From an uncultured Aestuariivita sp. (GTDB lineage Bacteria; Pseudomonadota; Alphaproteobacteria; Rhodobacterales; Rhodobacteraceae): 64,000 nucleotides of DNA. Under the pieces are notes generated by a model that searched no databases, was not told the DNA's origin, and saw only the letters and a program-made list of their open reading frames with translations. This document shows, piece by piece, positions 49,911 to 59,673 of the stretch. Every line of letters starts with the position of its first letter. The first letter of the stretch is position 1. The stretch spans positions 10,014-74,013 of the forward strand of contig CAYODE010000002.1 of the NCBI GenBank assembly GCA_964402685.1, written 5' to 3'. The translations under genes were made by a program, and so were the position numbers.

Positions 49911-52349
49911 ATGAAAACGCGCACCAAAGTGGTCGTCATAGGGGGTGGTATCGCAGGGTGTTCAACGCTGTATCATCTCACACAAGAAGGATGGTCTGAC
50001 GTTGTTCTTTTGGAGCGGGACGAGCTGACCTCCGGCACCACTTGGCATTCTGCGGCTCAAGTAACCAATTTTGGCATGAATCAAACAATGGTCGGCCTGA
50101 AAACGCATTCGATCAACCTGTACAAAGAGCTGGCCGAAGACCCCGATTACCCGATCAATTACCACCATGGCGATGGCGGGATCCGGCTGGCCAATACCGA
50201 AGCCCAAATGCAAGGCTATCGCCATTTCGCCTCGATGGCGCGCGGAATGGACGTGCATTTCGAAGTGATCGGCGCAGAGGAATGCGCGCGGCGCCACCCT
50301 TTGATTTCGACCGAAAACCTGTTGGGTGGGCTTTGGGATCCGCTGGATGGCGATATTGACCCTGCGCAACTCTGCCAGGCCCTTGCCCGGCGGGCCCGCA
50401 AGGCTGGGGCGGAGGTGTATCGACATACACCAGTCACGGGTATTACGCAGAAGCAAGATGACAGCTGGACGGTTCACACCACCAAAGGCGACATTGATTG
50501 CGACATCGTCGTAAATGCCTGCGGATACCGCGTGAACGAAGTGGGCGCGATGATGGGTGTGCACCATCCCGTGGCGTCGATGGAGCACCAGTATTTCCTA
50601 ACCGAAGATATCCCCGCAATTAAAGAAGCCGGTCATCGCATGCCGCTGCTTCGCTGCCCGATCAGCGATTATTACTGCCGCCAAGAGAAGCAGGGTCTGC
50701 TTCTGGGGTTTTATGAGCAGGGCTGCAAGACCTGGGGTATGGACGGAATTGATCCCAACTTCGTCAACGCATTGTGCCCGGATGATCTGGATCGCGTCAC
50801 CGACGTCCTCGAAGGCGCATTTGCGCGGATGCCAGCATTGATGGAGGCCGGCATCCGCACGGTTGTGAATGGCCCTATCACCTACACCATCGATGGCGCG
50901 CCTCTCGTTGGGCCCATCCCCGGCAAGCGAAACGCATTTTGCATCATCGGGCTCCGCGCTGGGCTTGGCGAAGGTGGCGGGCATGGCTGGCTACTGGCCC
51001 AGCAGATCGTGCATGGCGAGGCCTGCTATGACACCTGGTGTCTGGATCCCCGTCGCTTTACCGGACACGCGAACGTCGAACTAACGGCACTCAAGGCGAT
51101 TGAGGACTATCAGAACGAGTTTCGATTTCATTTTCCCCATGAGCACAGACCCGCCGGTCGTTCAGCAAAGACCACACCACTCACGCCTGTAATGGCCGCA
51201 GAAAACGCGGCTTTTACCGTGGTCAATGGTTGGGAGCGAGTGGAGTACATAAAGCCGACATCGGATTTTCAGCCAACACTCAGTTTCAACTTTGATGAGG
51301 CGTTCGAACAGGTGGCCGCGGAAGTCAGTACCGTGGCAAACGCCGTTGGACTGTGTGAAGTGAACGGTTTTAACAGGATCGAAATCACGGGCCAGGACAG
51401 GCACGCGTTTCTGGATAGGATGGTCTGTGGCATCGTTCCAAAACGCGACGGGCGTGTCGGACTGGCTTACCTGCTGAACCATCACGGCATGGTCAAAGGT
51501 GAAGCAACCTTGGCAAATTTACCTACATCCGATCGGGGTCCGGACCGTGTTTGGTACGGATCGGCGGCCGCGTCGGAATACCACGACATGGACTGGCTTA
51601 CGCAGCATGTCCGGGCGGGCGAAGATGTCCAGTTCAGATCCCTCACCAACGACCAAACGATCTTGGTTCTGGCCGGTCCTCATGCGCGAGCAGTCATGCA
51701 AAAGGTCAGCCGAGCTGATTGGTCAGCACAAGCGTTCCCCTGGCTGTCTGTGCGCGAATGCTATGTCGGGTTTGCGCCAGCAACTGTCATGGCCGTAAGT
51801 TTCTCCGGTGAATTGGCCTATGAAATCCATGTCCCCAACGCATCTCTTTATGCCGCTTATCAGGCGTTGCGCGAAGCTGGAGAAGAGGTCGGGCTGGGCC
51901 TGTTCGGGGCACGGGCGGTTGAGTCCATGCGGATGGAGAAAGGGTTCCTACATTGGAAATCGGATCTGATCACCGAATTCGACCCTTTCGAAACCGGGCT
52001 ACAGCGCTTTGTGAAACTGGAGAAACCCGAGTTTGTGGGTAAGGATGCCCTTATCCAACGTCAGTCACGGGGCGTGTCAAAGAAACTCATCTCGCTTCAG
52101 GTTCACACGACACACGCACCGGCGCATCCCGGCGCGTCGTTGATGGAGGGCAATACCGCCGTCGGCACGATCACATCCGGCGATTGGGGGCACCGCGTTG
52201 GAATGAACCTGGCTTACGCGTTTGTCGATCCAAAACACGCAAACGATGGTGAAAAGATGCAACTGGATCTTTGCGGGGATCTTATCGACGCCACCGTCAT
52301 ACCGCCGTCGCCATATGACCCAGAATTTGCAAAACTGCGTGCGAGTTGA
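49911..52349 (+). CDS. Dimethylglycine/sarcosine dehydrogenase-like FAD oxidoreductase (GcvT family)
   Basis: VIGGGIAG, LTSGTTWHSA (flavinylation His), NGPITYT.DG, GWER, SFSGELAYE and RMEKG folate-binding domain. Confidence 0.94.
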   Translation: MKTRTKVVVIGGGIAGCSTLYHLTQEGWSDVVLLERDELTSGTTWHSAAQVTNFGMNQTMVGLKTHSINLYKELAEDPDYPINYHHGDGGIRLANTEAQMQGYRHFASMARGMDVHFEVIGAEECARRHPLISTENLLGGLWDPLDGDIDPAQLCQALARRARKAGAEVYRHTPVTGITQKQDDSWTVHTTKGDIDCDIVVNACGYRVNEVGAMMGVHHPVASMEHQYFLTEDIPAIKEAGHRMPLLRCPISDYYCRQEKQGLLLGFYEQGCKTWGMDGIDPNFVNALCPDDLDRVTDVLEGAFARMPALMEAGIRTVVNGPITYTIDGAPLVGPIPGKRNAFCIIGLRAGLGEGGGHGWLLAQQIVHGEACYDTWCLDPRRFTGHANVELTALKAIEDYQNEFRFHFPHEHRPAGRSAKTTPLTPVMAAENAAFTVVNGWERVEYIKPTSDFQPTLSFNFDEAFEQVAAEVSTVANAVGLCEVNGFNRIEITGQDRHAFLDRMVCGIVPKRDGRVGLAYLLNHHGMVKGEATLANLPTSDRGPDRVWYGSAAASEYHDMDWLTQHVRAGEDVQFRSLTNDQTILVLAGPHARAVMQKVSRADWSAQAFPWLSVRECYVGFAPATVMAVSFSGELAYEIHVPNASLYAAYQALREAGEEVGLGLFGARAVESMRMEKGFLHWKSDLITEFDPFETGLQRFVKLEKPEFVGKDALIQRQSRGVSKKLISLQVHTTHAPAHPGASLMEGNTAVGTITSGDWGHRVGMNLAYAFVDPKHANDGEKMQLDLCGDLIDATVIPPSPYDPEFAKLRAS

Positions 52350-52364
52350 GCCCCGCTTCGTCGA

Positions 52365-53843
52365 TCAGCGCATCACAAACGGGTTTGCCATTGGCGCATC
52401 CGATGTGTTGATCCAAGTCGTCTTGGTTCGCGTGTAGTCGAGGACAGCCTCCATGCCTGCTTCACGACCGTAGCCAGACCGGTTGAACCCTCCAAAGGGG
52501 GCGATGGGCGACACAGCGCGATAGGTGTTGATCCAGCAAATCCCCGCTTTCAATCGGTCGGAGACGCGATGCGCGCGGGCCAGGTTTTGCGTGAACACGC
52601 CCGAGCCCAACCCAAAGCTCGAGGCATTGGCCAGCGCAATCGCCTCCTCTTCCGTGTCGAACGGCAGAAGCGACATGACAGGGCCAAACATCTCGACCTT
52701 CAGCGTTTCCGTATCAGTGCTTTGGCATTCAACCAAAGTCGGCGCCATATAGTTTCCAGGCTGATCCACAGGCGCGCCACCAAATCGAATGGTGGCGCCC
52801 TGCCCTTGTGCACGTGTAAGCGTCTCCTCGATCCGTCGGATTTGCGCAACGGTGCAAAGAGGGCCGACATGCGTCTCCCCGTCCAGCGGATCGCCTACAA
52901 CGATGTCCTTAGACTTGGCTTCGATCCGTGCCGCCAGTTCGTCAAAAATCGCGCGCTGCACCAGCCCGCGAGAGCCAGCAACACAGCTTTGACCTGATGC
53001 TCCGAAATTCCCCGCAATCAAACCGTTTGCTGCTCCGTCCAGATCAGCATCGTCAAAAACGACGATTGGTGATTTGCCGCCCAGCTCAAGTGTCGTGACC
53101 GCGAAATTCTCGGCTGAATTTCGCACCACGTGACGGGCCGTCTCAGGCCCGCCGGTAAAGGCGATGCGGTCCACATCCGGGTGCCGAGTTAACGGGATCG
53201 CGCAGTTTTCCGCATCCCCAGTGATGACGGAAACCACACCTGCGGGAAATCCTGCCGCCTCGATCAACTTTGCAAATTCCAGCATCGGCGTGGGCGCTAT
53301 TTCCGACGCTTTGAGCACCACAGTGCACCCCGCCGCCAACGCTGGGCCTAACTTGGTCGCCGTCAGAAACATCTGAGCGTTCCATGGCACAATCGCCGCC
53401 ACCACGCCGATCGGAACGCGCTGGGTGAAGACATGCATGTCTGGCTTGTCGATCGGCAGCACGGCGCCTTCGATCTTGTCGGCCAGGCCCGCGTAGTACC
53501 GGTAATAGTCTGCGACATACCCTGTTTGGCTGGCCGTCTCTGCGAGTAGCTTTCCGCTGTCCGTCGTTTCGATCCGGCCGATGGCGTCGGCGTGCTCCGC
53601 AATGAGGTCCGCCAAGCGATATAATAGCTTGCCGCGCTGCGTCTGCGTCAGGTCTCGCCATGCGGGATCATCTAGCGCCCGGCGTGCCGCTGAAACAGCG
53701 CGGTTCACATCGTCCGGGGACGCGCAAGCAAATGTTGCCCAATCCTCCCCCGTCGCGGGGTTGAGCGAGCGCATGACCTGCCCACCTGCGCCGTCGTCCC
53801 AAACGCCATCAATGAAAAGCTGGTAGTGTGGCAGATGTCCCAT
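52365..53843 (-). CDS. Aldehyde dehydrogenase (TgnC-like)
   Basis: PWN, FTGG, LELGGKSP, GQSCVAG, EMFGP and PFGG..SGYGRE; C-terminal NPFVMR; in an operon with a TgnB-like gene. Confidence 0.93.
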   Translation of the reverse strand: MGHLPHYQLFIDGVWDDGAGGQVMRSLNPATGEDWATFACASPDDVNRAVSAARRALDDPAWRDLTQTQRGKLLYRLADLIAEHADAIGRIETTDSGKLLAETASQTGYVADYYRYYAGLADKIEGAVLPIDKPDMHVFTQRVPIGVVAAIVPWNAQMFLTATKLGPALAAGCTVVLKASEIAPTPMLEFAKLIEAAGFPAGVVSVITGDAENCAIPLTRHPDVDRIAFTGGPETARHVVRNSAENFAVTTLELGGKSPIVVFDDADLDGAANGLIAGNFGASGQSCVAGSRGLVQRAIFDELAARIEAKSKDIVVGDPLDGETHVGPLCTVAQIRRIEETLTRAQGQGATIRFGGAPVDQPGNYMAPTLVECQSTDTETLKVEMFGPVMSLLPFDTEEEAIALANASSFGLGSGVFTQNLARAHRVSDRLKAGICWINTYRAVSPIAPFGGFNRSGYGREAGMEAVLDYTRTKTTWINTSDAPMANPFVMR

Positions 53844-53852
53844 ATCTTTTCC

Positions 53853-54887
53853 TTACTGAAAGGCTGGCATCACGTCGTCAATGAACCGGGCGAGCGACGC
53901 CAGTTTGCGATCGAAACTCATACCACTGTCGATCCAGAATGAATACTCGTCATACCCCAGATCTTCATAGCGTTTGATCTGATCAATCACCTCCTGCGCG
54001 GTGCCAATTGTCAGATCTCTCTGCATGTTCTCTGGTGACATGAGTTTGTTGGCTGCCATCTCTTCCTCGGAAAGGGGTGCGATCAAACCTTCGTTCACAG
54101 GTCGCTTGTTCTGAAACCATGCGCCAAAGTAGCAATAAAAGCGGGATAATTCCTGCGCTGCGCGGTCAACGTCTAAGGCGTCGGAGCCGACATAGGTATG
54201 ATGCAACAGCATGATCTTGGGGCGCGGTCCGTCATAACTCTCGCACGCGTCATTGAAACGGCCCATCAACGTCTCAATTTCCTCGATCCCCTGCCAAAGC
54301 GGCGTGACCTGAATGTTGAACCCATTGTGGACACCGAATTCGTGGCTGTTGGGATCCCGCGCCGCGATCCAGATAGGCGGCCCGCTTTCCTGGATGGGAC
54401 GCGGCGCAGATGTGGTGGCCGGAAAACTGAAGAACTCTCCTTCATGCGCGCAGTCTCCGGACCAGAGCTTGGGTAGCAGCGGAGTGATTTCACGCATGCG
54501 CTGACCGGCTTCCCACGCATCCATGCCGGGCATCATCCGTTCGTATTCGTAGGTATAAGCGCCCCGCGCGATGCCCAATTCAATACGCCCGCCGGTGATC
54601 AGATCGGCCGAGGCAGCCTCCCCGGCCAGTCGGATGGGGTGCCAGAATGGGGCAATCACCGTACCCGTCCCAAGGCGCACGTTTTTGGTGTGATGCGCCA
54701 CGTCGATCAGGGTCAACAGAGGGTTTGGCGCGATAGTGAATTCCATTCCGTGATGCTCACCAGACCAGACCGCACGCATTCCGCCTTCGTCTGCCAGCTT
54801 ACACAAATCGATAAACTCGTGGTGCAGGACGTCATGCGGCTGGTCTGGGGTCAGACGTTCCATATGCGCAAAGAGCGAAAACTCCAT
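53853..54887 (-). CDS. tgnB: Luciferase-like (LLM) flavin monooxygenase, trigonelline oxygenase TgnB-like
   Basis: FSLF.HMER, GEHHGMEFTIAPNP, APFWHPI.LAGEAA, ARGAY.YEYER, AARDPNSH and EYSFWID.GM match my recollection of Acinetobacter baylyi TgnB. Confidence 0.8.
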   Translation of the reverse strand: MEFSLFAHMERLTPDQPHDVLHHEFIDLCKLADEGGMRAVWSGEHHGMEFTIAPNPLLTLIDVAHHTKNVRLGTGTVIAPFWHPIRLAGEAASADLITGGRIELGIARGAYTYEYERMMPGMDAWEAGQRMREITPLLPKLWSGDCAHEGEFFSFPATTSAPRPIQESGPPIWIAARDPNSHEFGVHNGFNIQVTPLWQGIEEIETLMGRFNDACESYDGPRPKIMLLHHTYVGSDALDVDRAAQELSRFYCYFGAWFQNKRPVNEGLIAPLSEEEMAANKLMSPENMQRDLTIGTAQEVIDQIKRYEDLGYDEYSFWIDSGMSFDRKLASLARFIDDVMPAFQ

Positions 54888-54946
54888 CTGTCAGATCCTT
54901 TCTGTTCCATCGTGGCGGGAATGGCGGCAAACCTGTTCGAAGAGCA

Positions 54947-55726
54947 TCATTGCTGAACCTCGCGCATCCGACGCAGAAGCGTTGCGCTCACAAGATCTGG
55001 ATGGGTCATTGGCAACATGTGCGCTGCGCCATCGACGATTTCCGCAGATCCATTAGGCGCCAGTTGAGCCAGTCGTTTGGACATCGCGGGGGTGGAATTG
55101 GGCTCCTCCCTTCCGGTCATGAAGACAGCGGGACACAACATGCTCTCGACGCTTTTGGGGTCCGGGCCGTCTGTATGGGCAAACACGTGATAGGCCATTT
55201 GATAGCCCTTGGGGTCTACCGCCTTTAGCCACTGCTCACAGGCTGTCCGCTCATCTGACGGGGCGCCTCCAAACCAACGGGTCAGTGTTGTCTCTGGACT
55301 TGTCGGGCTGCGCCCATTTAATTCAGCTGCACGCGCCTGTACCGCCACGGATGCAGACTCGCTTCGCTGAAAAACAGTGTTCAAGGCAACAACTGCTCGG
55401 ATCAGAGCCGGGTAACGTATCGCGAGGTCCAACGCGATCAGCGCGCCCATGGAATGGCCAACCACCACGAGAGGTTCGTTGATCCCTTTGGCCACCGCGT
55501 CTGTGTAGTCCGCCAACGTAGCGGGCTCGGTGAGCCCTGCGCTTTCTCCGTGGCCAGGCAGATCGACCGCTGTTGTAGCGGCGGCTTTTGACAGGGCGTC
55601 GATCTGCGCGTTCCACGCCTCCGCGCGCAAACCCACTCCGTGAATAAAAAGTATCTCGGTTGACTTAGCACTGCGAATAGCCGCAAGTGACCCGAACTCA
55701 AACCGCGGCCGGGTTGTCCAGGTCAT
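54947..55726 (-). CDS. Alpha/beta hydrolase (TgnD-like)
   Basis: HGVG, DLPGHG, GHSMG nucleophile elbow, EPNSTP.M and AHM. Confidence 0.9.
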   Translation of the reverse strand: MTWTTRPRFEFGSLAAIRSAKSTEILFIHGVGLRAEAWNAQIDALSKAAATTAVDLPGHGESAGLTEPATLADYTDAVAKGINEPLVVVGHSMGALIALDLAIRYPALIRAVVALNTVFQRSESASVAVQARAAELNGRSPTSPETTLTRWFGGAPSDERTACEQWLKAVDPKGYQMAYHVFAHTDGPDPKSVESMLCPAVFMTGREEPNSTPAMSKRLAQLAPNGSAEIVDGAAHMLPMTHPDLVSATLLRRMREVQQ

Positions 55727-56297
55727 GGCCTAAATCCTGTAAATCCTGGTATCGGTCGCCGATGCGATGATGCGGACGCCCCCCCGTCGCGCCGCCTAGA
55801 ACAACCACGATCTCATCAGCCCGTGGCGCATCCGGGATCGCGAACTGGATCGTCAGATAATGTGACCTTCGGCCAGCATCGTTCTTGTCCATCAAAGGTA
55901 CCATGATGGGCGCATTCGCGCCCCCGCGAGTATTTGTGAAAGCCAGGTATGATTTGGCTCCGACAGCCTCCCGGTAATGGTTCCCAAAGCGCAATGTGTG
56001 GATCAGCCCCGACGCATGTTCAACTTCCCCGTCCAGCCCGACGACCGCGGCCTTGCCATAGGCTTCGATAGCCGCACCTGATCCGGCCATGGTCACCATG
56101 CGCTCAGTCAGTTCCGCACCGAGAACCGGACCAATGGATTGAATTTCAGGTTTCAGATCATCGACAAATCGCCCTGCCCATGGATTTCGGACCACTGCCG
56201 CCACAGCGAACATACGCCATGGCGTTTCTGCGGCGCGAAAACCTTCGATCAGCACCTCTTCGTCATATGTCACAAATTTGCGGATTTCTGGCGCCAC
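55698..56297 (-). CDS. DUF1185 / amino acid synthesis family protein (TgnF-like)
   Basis: V.NPWAG, YGKAAVVG..GE.EH, FGN..R, RSHY, DAP..DEI and GRP..R; SD AGGAG before GTG 56297. Confidence 0.88.
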   Translation of the reverse strand: MAPEIRKFVTYDEEVLIEGFRAAETPWRMFAVAAVVRNPWAGRFVDDLKPEIQSIGPVLGAELTERMVTMAGSGAAIEAYGKAAVVGLDGEVEHASGLIHTLRFGNHYREAVGAKSYLAFTNTRGGANAPIMVPLMDKNDAGRRSHYLTIQFAIPDAPRADEIVVVLGGATGGRPHHRIGDRYQDLQDLGHDLDNPAAV

Positions 56298-56404
56298 CGC
56301 ATTCTCCTGTTCGCTGCGAGGCAACTATCTTGAGGCGGATCGATTTTGACAAATGAATGAATTATGCGCTTAGGTATTAGTATCATTAATACCTGACTTG
56401 AGAC

Positions 56405-57244
56405 ATGGCCAAATCGCTTCCCCCCCTGACCTGGTTTCGCGCCTTTGAAGCCGCCGCGCGGCACCTCAATTTCACCGCTGCCGCCAACGAGATCGGATTG
56501 ACACAATCCGCAGTCAGTCAGCAGGTAAAATCACTGGAAACGCGTTTACGCGTTTCCCTGTTCACACGTCAGGCGCGGGGTCTTCTGCTGACAGATGATG
56601 GGAGGCGTTTGCTGCCGCAAGTTGGTGCCGCCTTGCAGACCCTCTCAAATGCGACTCAGGATTTCGATACTGGTCCACAACAAGATCTGTTGACGGTGGC
56701 TGCTTCGGTCAGCATCACGCAATGGGTGATCACGCCCTACCTGGCAAAGTTCAGCGCGCGATACCCTCACATCAGGTTACGCTTTCTCAGTGCAATCTGG
56801 CCGGATGACTTTCATTCTGCCCGTGCCGATGTAGAAATCCGGTTTGGATCAGAAAAACAGGTAGGACAGAATGCCCAAGCGCTGACTCCGTCTCAAATGA
56901 TCGCCTTAAAATCGCCGACCCTCTCAGGTCGTTTGGAAGAACTTCCCTTGATCGGTGCCGTCGGGACAACCGACAACTGGTCATCTTGGAACGAAGGACA
57001 CGCGACCGATCTGCGCCCTACCCTTTTTGCGGATTCCTATGGCATGGCATTGCAGTTGGCGGCGCATGGGAACGGCGTAGCCTTAGTCAGCGAGCTATTG
57101 GCCCGCCATGCGCTCGACACTAGCGTTCTGATCCGCGCTCATCCGGGATCGATCCCCAGCACAGATGGATACTATCTTTCAGTTAAGGAAGATAACGCAT
57201 CGGCGCGTCAGTTCAGCGATTGGCTTTTGAACCAGCTTGCTTAA
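56405..57244 (+). CDS. LysR family regulator (GcvA-like), divergent from the tgn-like operon
   Basis: LPPL.W.RAFEAAARHL.FT.AA.E...TQSAVSQQ.K.LE. Confidence 0.94.
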   Translation: MAKSLPPLTWFRAFEAAARHLNFTAAANEIGLTQSAVSQQVKSLETRLRVSLFTRQARGLLLTDDGRRLLPQVGAALQTLSNATQDFDTGPQQDLLTVAASVSITQWVITPYLAKFSARYPHIRLRFLSAIWPDDFHSARADVEIRFGSEKQVGQNAQALTPSQMIALKSPTLSGRLEELPLIGAVGTTDNWSSWNEGHATDLRPTLFADSYGMALQLAAHGNGVALVSELLARHALDTSVLIRAHPGSIPSTDGYYLSVKEDNASARQFSDWLLNQLA

Positions 57245-57264
57245 GGCGTAGCGAACCCGTTTCG

Positions 57265-57960
57265 TCAGCCCTTGGATTTGGGTTTACGTGTCGGGGAGAG
57301 CTTCATATCCGGTTTGGCCAAACGTGCCTCCGGACCGACCCACGCATAGGCCAACAAACATGGATCGCGATCGCCGGTCGTGATGCGATGCTCGTCACCG
57401 GACCTGTTCAAGATCAACGATCCGGGCGCAAAAACAGCAGCATTGTTTTCCGACCATGCCCCAGCAATCGAAATGTAGCTCTCTTCAATGTCGCTGTGGC
57501 TGTGTTGGGGGTATGTCGTGTTGGGTGCGAAAAGCACAAAACCCAAGATCAGGCTGCTGCACTGTACCGGACCCTGCGGGCCCAACACTTCACAATAGGC
57601 GTATTTCTGGCTCAAAGACCTTGGAATGCGTTCGTATCCATATTCCCACGTCAGCTCATCCCGCACCTCACGCAGCGCGCGCGCCATGCCCTGCATGGCT
57701 CCACGCTCGCCCAAATCCAGCGCGCGCGCCAAATGCGCAGTCACCGGTTTGACGTCTGCTTGTCGCGACAAAACCGGTGGATTGCTAGCCATCGTCGCGG
57801 ACAGTTTATCGCGCACTCGTTTGCGATGGCTTCGGATCGATGTGCTGCCTCCGGCCGACCCATATCGATAAAGGGAGTCGAACTCGCGTAGCAGATATAA
57901 CCAGTTTGGTTGCTCTGTGAGCCGCGTGATGCTTTCGGAGAGCAGGGATGCATCAGTCAT
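57265..57960 (-). CDS. dddL: DMSP lyase DddL (cupin)
   Basis: WLYLL.EFD.LYR.GS, HRKRVRD, KPVTAHL.RALDLGERGA, TWEYGYE, YAYCE.LGP.GP, TYPQHSH.DIEESYIS and HRITTGD..PCLLAYAW match DddL as I recall it. Confidence 0.92.
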   Translation of the reverse strand: MTDASLLSESITRLTEQPNWLYLLREFDSLYRYGSAGGSTSIRSHRKRVRDKLSATMASNPPVLSRQADVKPVTAHLARALDLGERGAMQGMARALREVRDELTWEYGYERIPRSLSQKYAYCEVLGPQGPVQCSSLILGFVLFAPNTTYPQHSHSDIEESYISIAGAWSENNAAVFAPGSLILNRSGDEHRITTGDRDPCLLAYAWVGPEARLAKPDMKLSPTRKPKSKG

Positions 57961-58175
57961 GTTAGGGCCTGGAATGATTTTATTTCGCCCTTGCACGGCT
58001 TGAAGGGCATTGATTGAACGGCAGATGTCTCAAGTTGTTTGAAAAGACAAGGTCTTCAAGCGCGATGCCAGCTCACAGTGCCTAAAGTCGAACCAGAGAC
58101 AGGCCTGTGCAAAATTTTCGAGCACGTTGTCGACGAGACGATCAAAGCGCGCGCCAGAATGCTGACGTGACGAGA

Positions 58176-59048
58176 TTACCCAATGGCCTTAGGACTGTTT
58201 CCCCCGGGGAATGGACCAAGACAACTGGCGCGGTGGGAAACTTGAAAGACATGGTTATACAGCTGCGCAACCCATTGCTTGCCTTCCATCGTCTGCTCCA
58301 AATGCCTGAGCGCGGGTCCGATCAACGGCTGCACCTGCTGCCAGAAAAAGCTGGGGAACTGCTCCATTAAATCCATCGACGTCTCGTATCCCAGCTTCTC
58401 GGCAAAACCAGTTTCTGCGAACTCATGGTACAATCCGCCGATTTTTCGGTGATAAAATGGATCCGCAATCTGCCCGATCAGGTCAGCCGCGCGAACGAGC
58501 GCGGGCTCTGTTTCTGTCACTTGGTAAGTGGACGTTTCCGGAACGGGAAAACGTGTGAACTCTATGGCCGCCGCGATCCGATCTTCATCGATTAAATGCG
58601 TGTGTGTGAAGCGATGCTTTGCGTACAGTTTCCCACGCTCAATGTGATAGGGGGCGAGATAGGCATCTGATGCACCGCGAGGTGGCGTGATCTTGTCGCC
58701 CGCCTCGTTTATCACAACCTCGGTATCAGTATCTCCGTCCAAGATCCCGCGCGTATAGCCGATGTCATGAATCAACAGCGCTACGATGAAATGCAGCCAG
58801 TCTTCGGGTTGCACAGCGCGCGTGACAAGTTGTCCACGGATAATCTGCTGGCCCACAAGGGTGACCATCATCGTGTGTTCAGCATTGTGATACAGCGCAT
58901 CGGAATTGCCCAAGCGTTCCAGCATCATGCGTGCGCATCCGTTGATGAACGCGGCATATTCAGCTTTGCGCCCGGAATAATACTGAAGGTAGGTTTCGGC
59001 CAGATGGTCACCGAAACTCGCCGCGACTACTGCGGTTGGATTGAACAT
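58176..59048 (-). CDS. HD-domain metal-dependent phosphohydrolase (Npun_R2479-like)
   Basis: DALYHNAEHT, HDIGY.RG, GASDA.L.PYH.ERG, TRFP and RAADLIGQ. Confidence 0.85.
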   Translation of the reverse strand: MFNPTAVVAASFGDHLAETYLQYYSGRKAEYAAFINGCARMMLERLGNSDALYHNAEHTMMVTLVGQQIIRGQLVTRAVQPEDWLHFIVALLIHDIGYTRGILDGDTDTEVVINEAGDKITPPRGASDAYLAPYHIERGKLYAKHRFTHTHLIDEDRIAAAIEFTRFPVPETSTYQVTETEPALVRAADLIGQIADPFYHRKIGGLYHEFAETGFAEKLGYETSMDLMEQFPSFFWQQVQPLIGPALRHLEQTMEGKQWVAQLYNHVFQVSHRASCLGPFPGGNSPKAIG

Positions 59049-59322
59049 CGTGGCCCCTTCTTACTGTCTTTGACTGGTTGCGTGCGACGCTTGCCCGGTA
59101 CTTTTCACCAATCACATTTGAAACTTAGCAGACATGATCGTCCACGCAAAATGGGGTTCCATCCATAATCAAATTCGCGATTGGATAATCACTTGAGAAA
59201 ATCCCTTGTAATGAACGTTCTTGCTGACAAACGACAGGCGAAGGAACCCTATTGGGATTGGCGCAGGTCTTAACGCGATGCACTGCACTCACTGAACAGA
59301 CCTTGTTCGCTGAAGCAGCTCT

Positions 59323-59673
59323 CTATCTCGAAAATGTTTTTCGCGATCGTCGAGGTGCCTTTCCAATTTTCAGCACGAAGGATCTCGCATTTTTGACGAT
59401 GACCACTCGGTCTTTGTCAATGGCTCGTACGTTCCCTCCCAAAGCCTCATCACCCGCTTTGATGGTCAGAATCTCGCCACTGGGGCGACGCAGCATGGCA
59501 CGCATGTCGTCGGATTTGCCGAAAATCCCAATGATGTTTTCAACATCCAGATCGAGCCAGTCTGTGAGCGTTGCCAACTCTCCCACAAGCTCGTCATCCA
59601 CAGCATCATTTGTGGCTTCAGGCTCGGCGCCGGTCTCCTTCTCTTCTTCAGGCGTTTCTTCATTGCCCGCCAT
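59323..59673 (-). CDS. Hypothetical protein with a PilP/GspC-like beta module and acidic N-terminus
   Basis: IIGIFG....RAMLR..SG....I..GD..LGG.V.AI....VVI pattern; no signal peptide visible. Confidence 0.6.
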   Translation of the reverse strand: MAGNEETPEEEKETGAEPEATNDAVDDELVGELATLTDWLDLDVENIIGIFGKSDDMRAMLRRPSGEILTIKAGDEALGGNVRAIDKDRVVIVKNARSFVLKIGKAPRRSRKTFSR

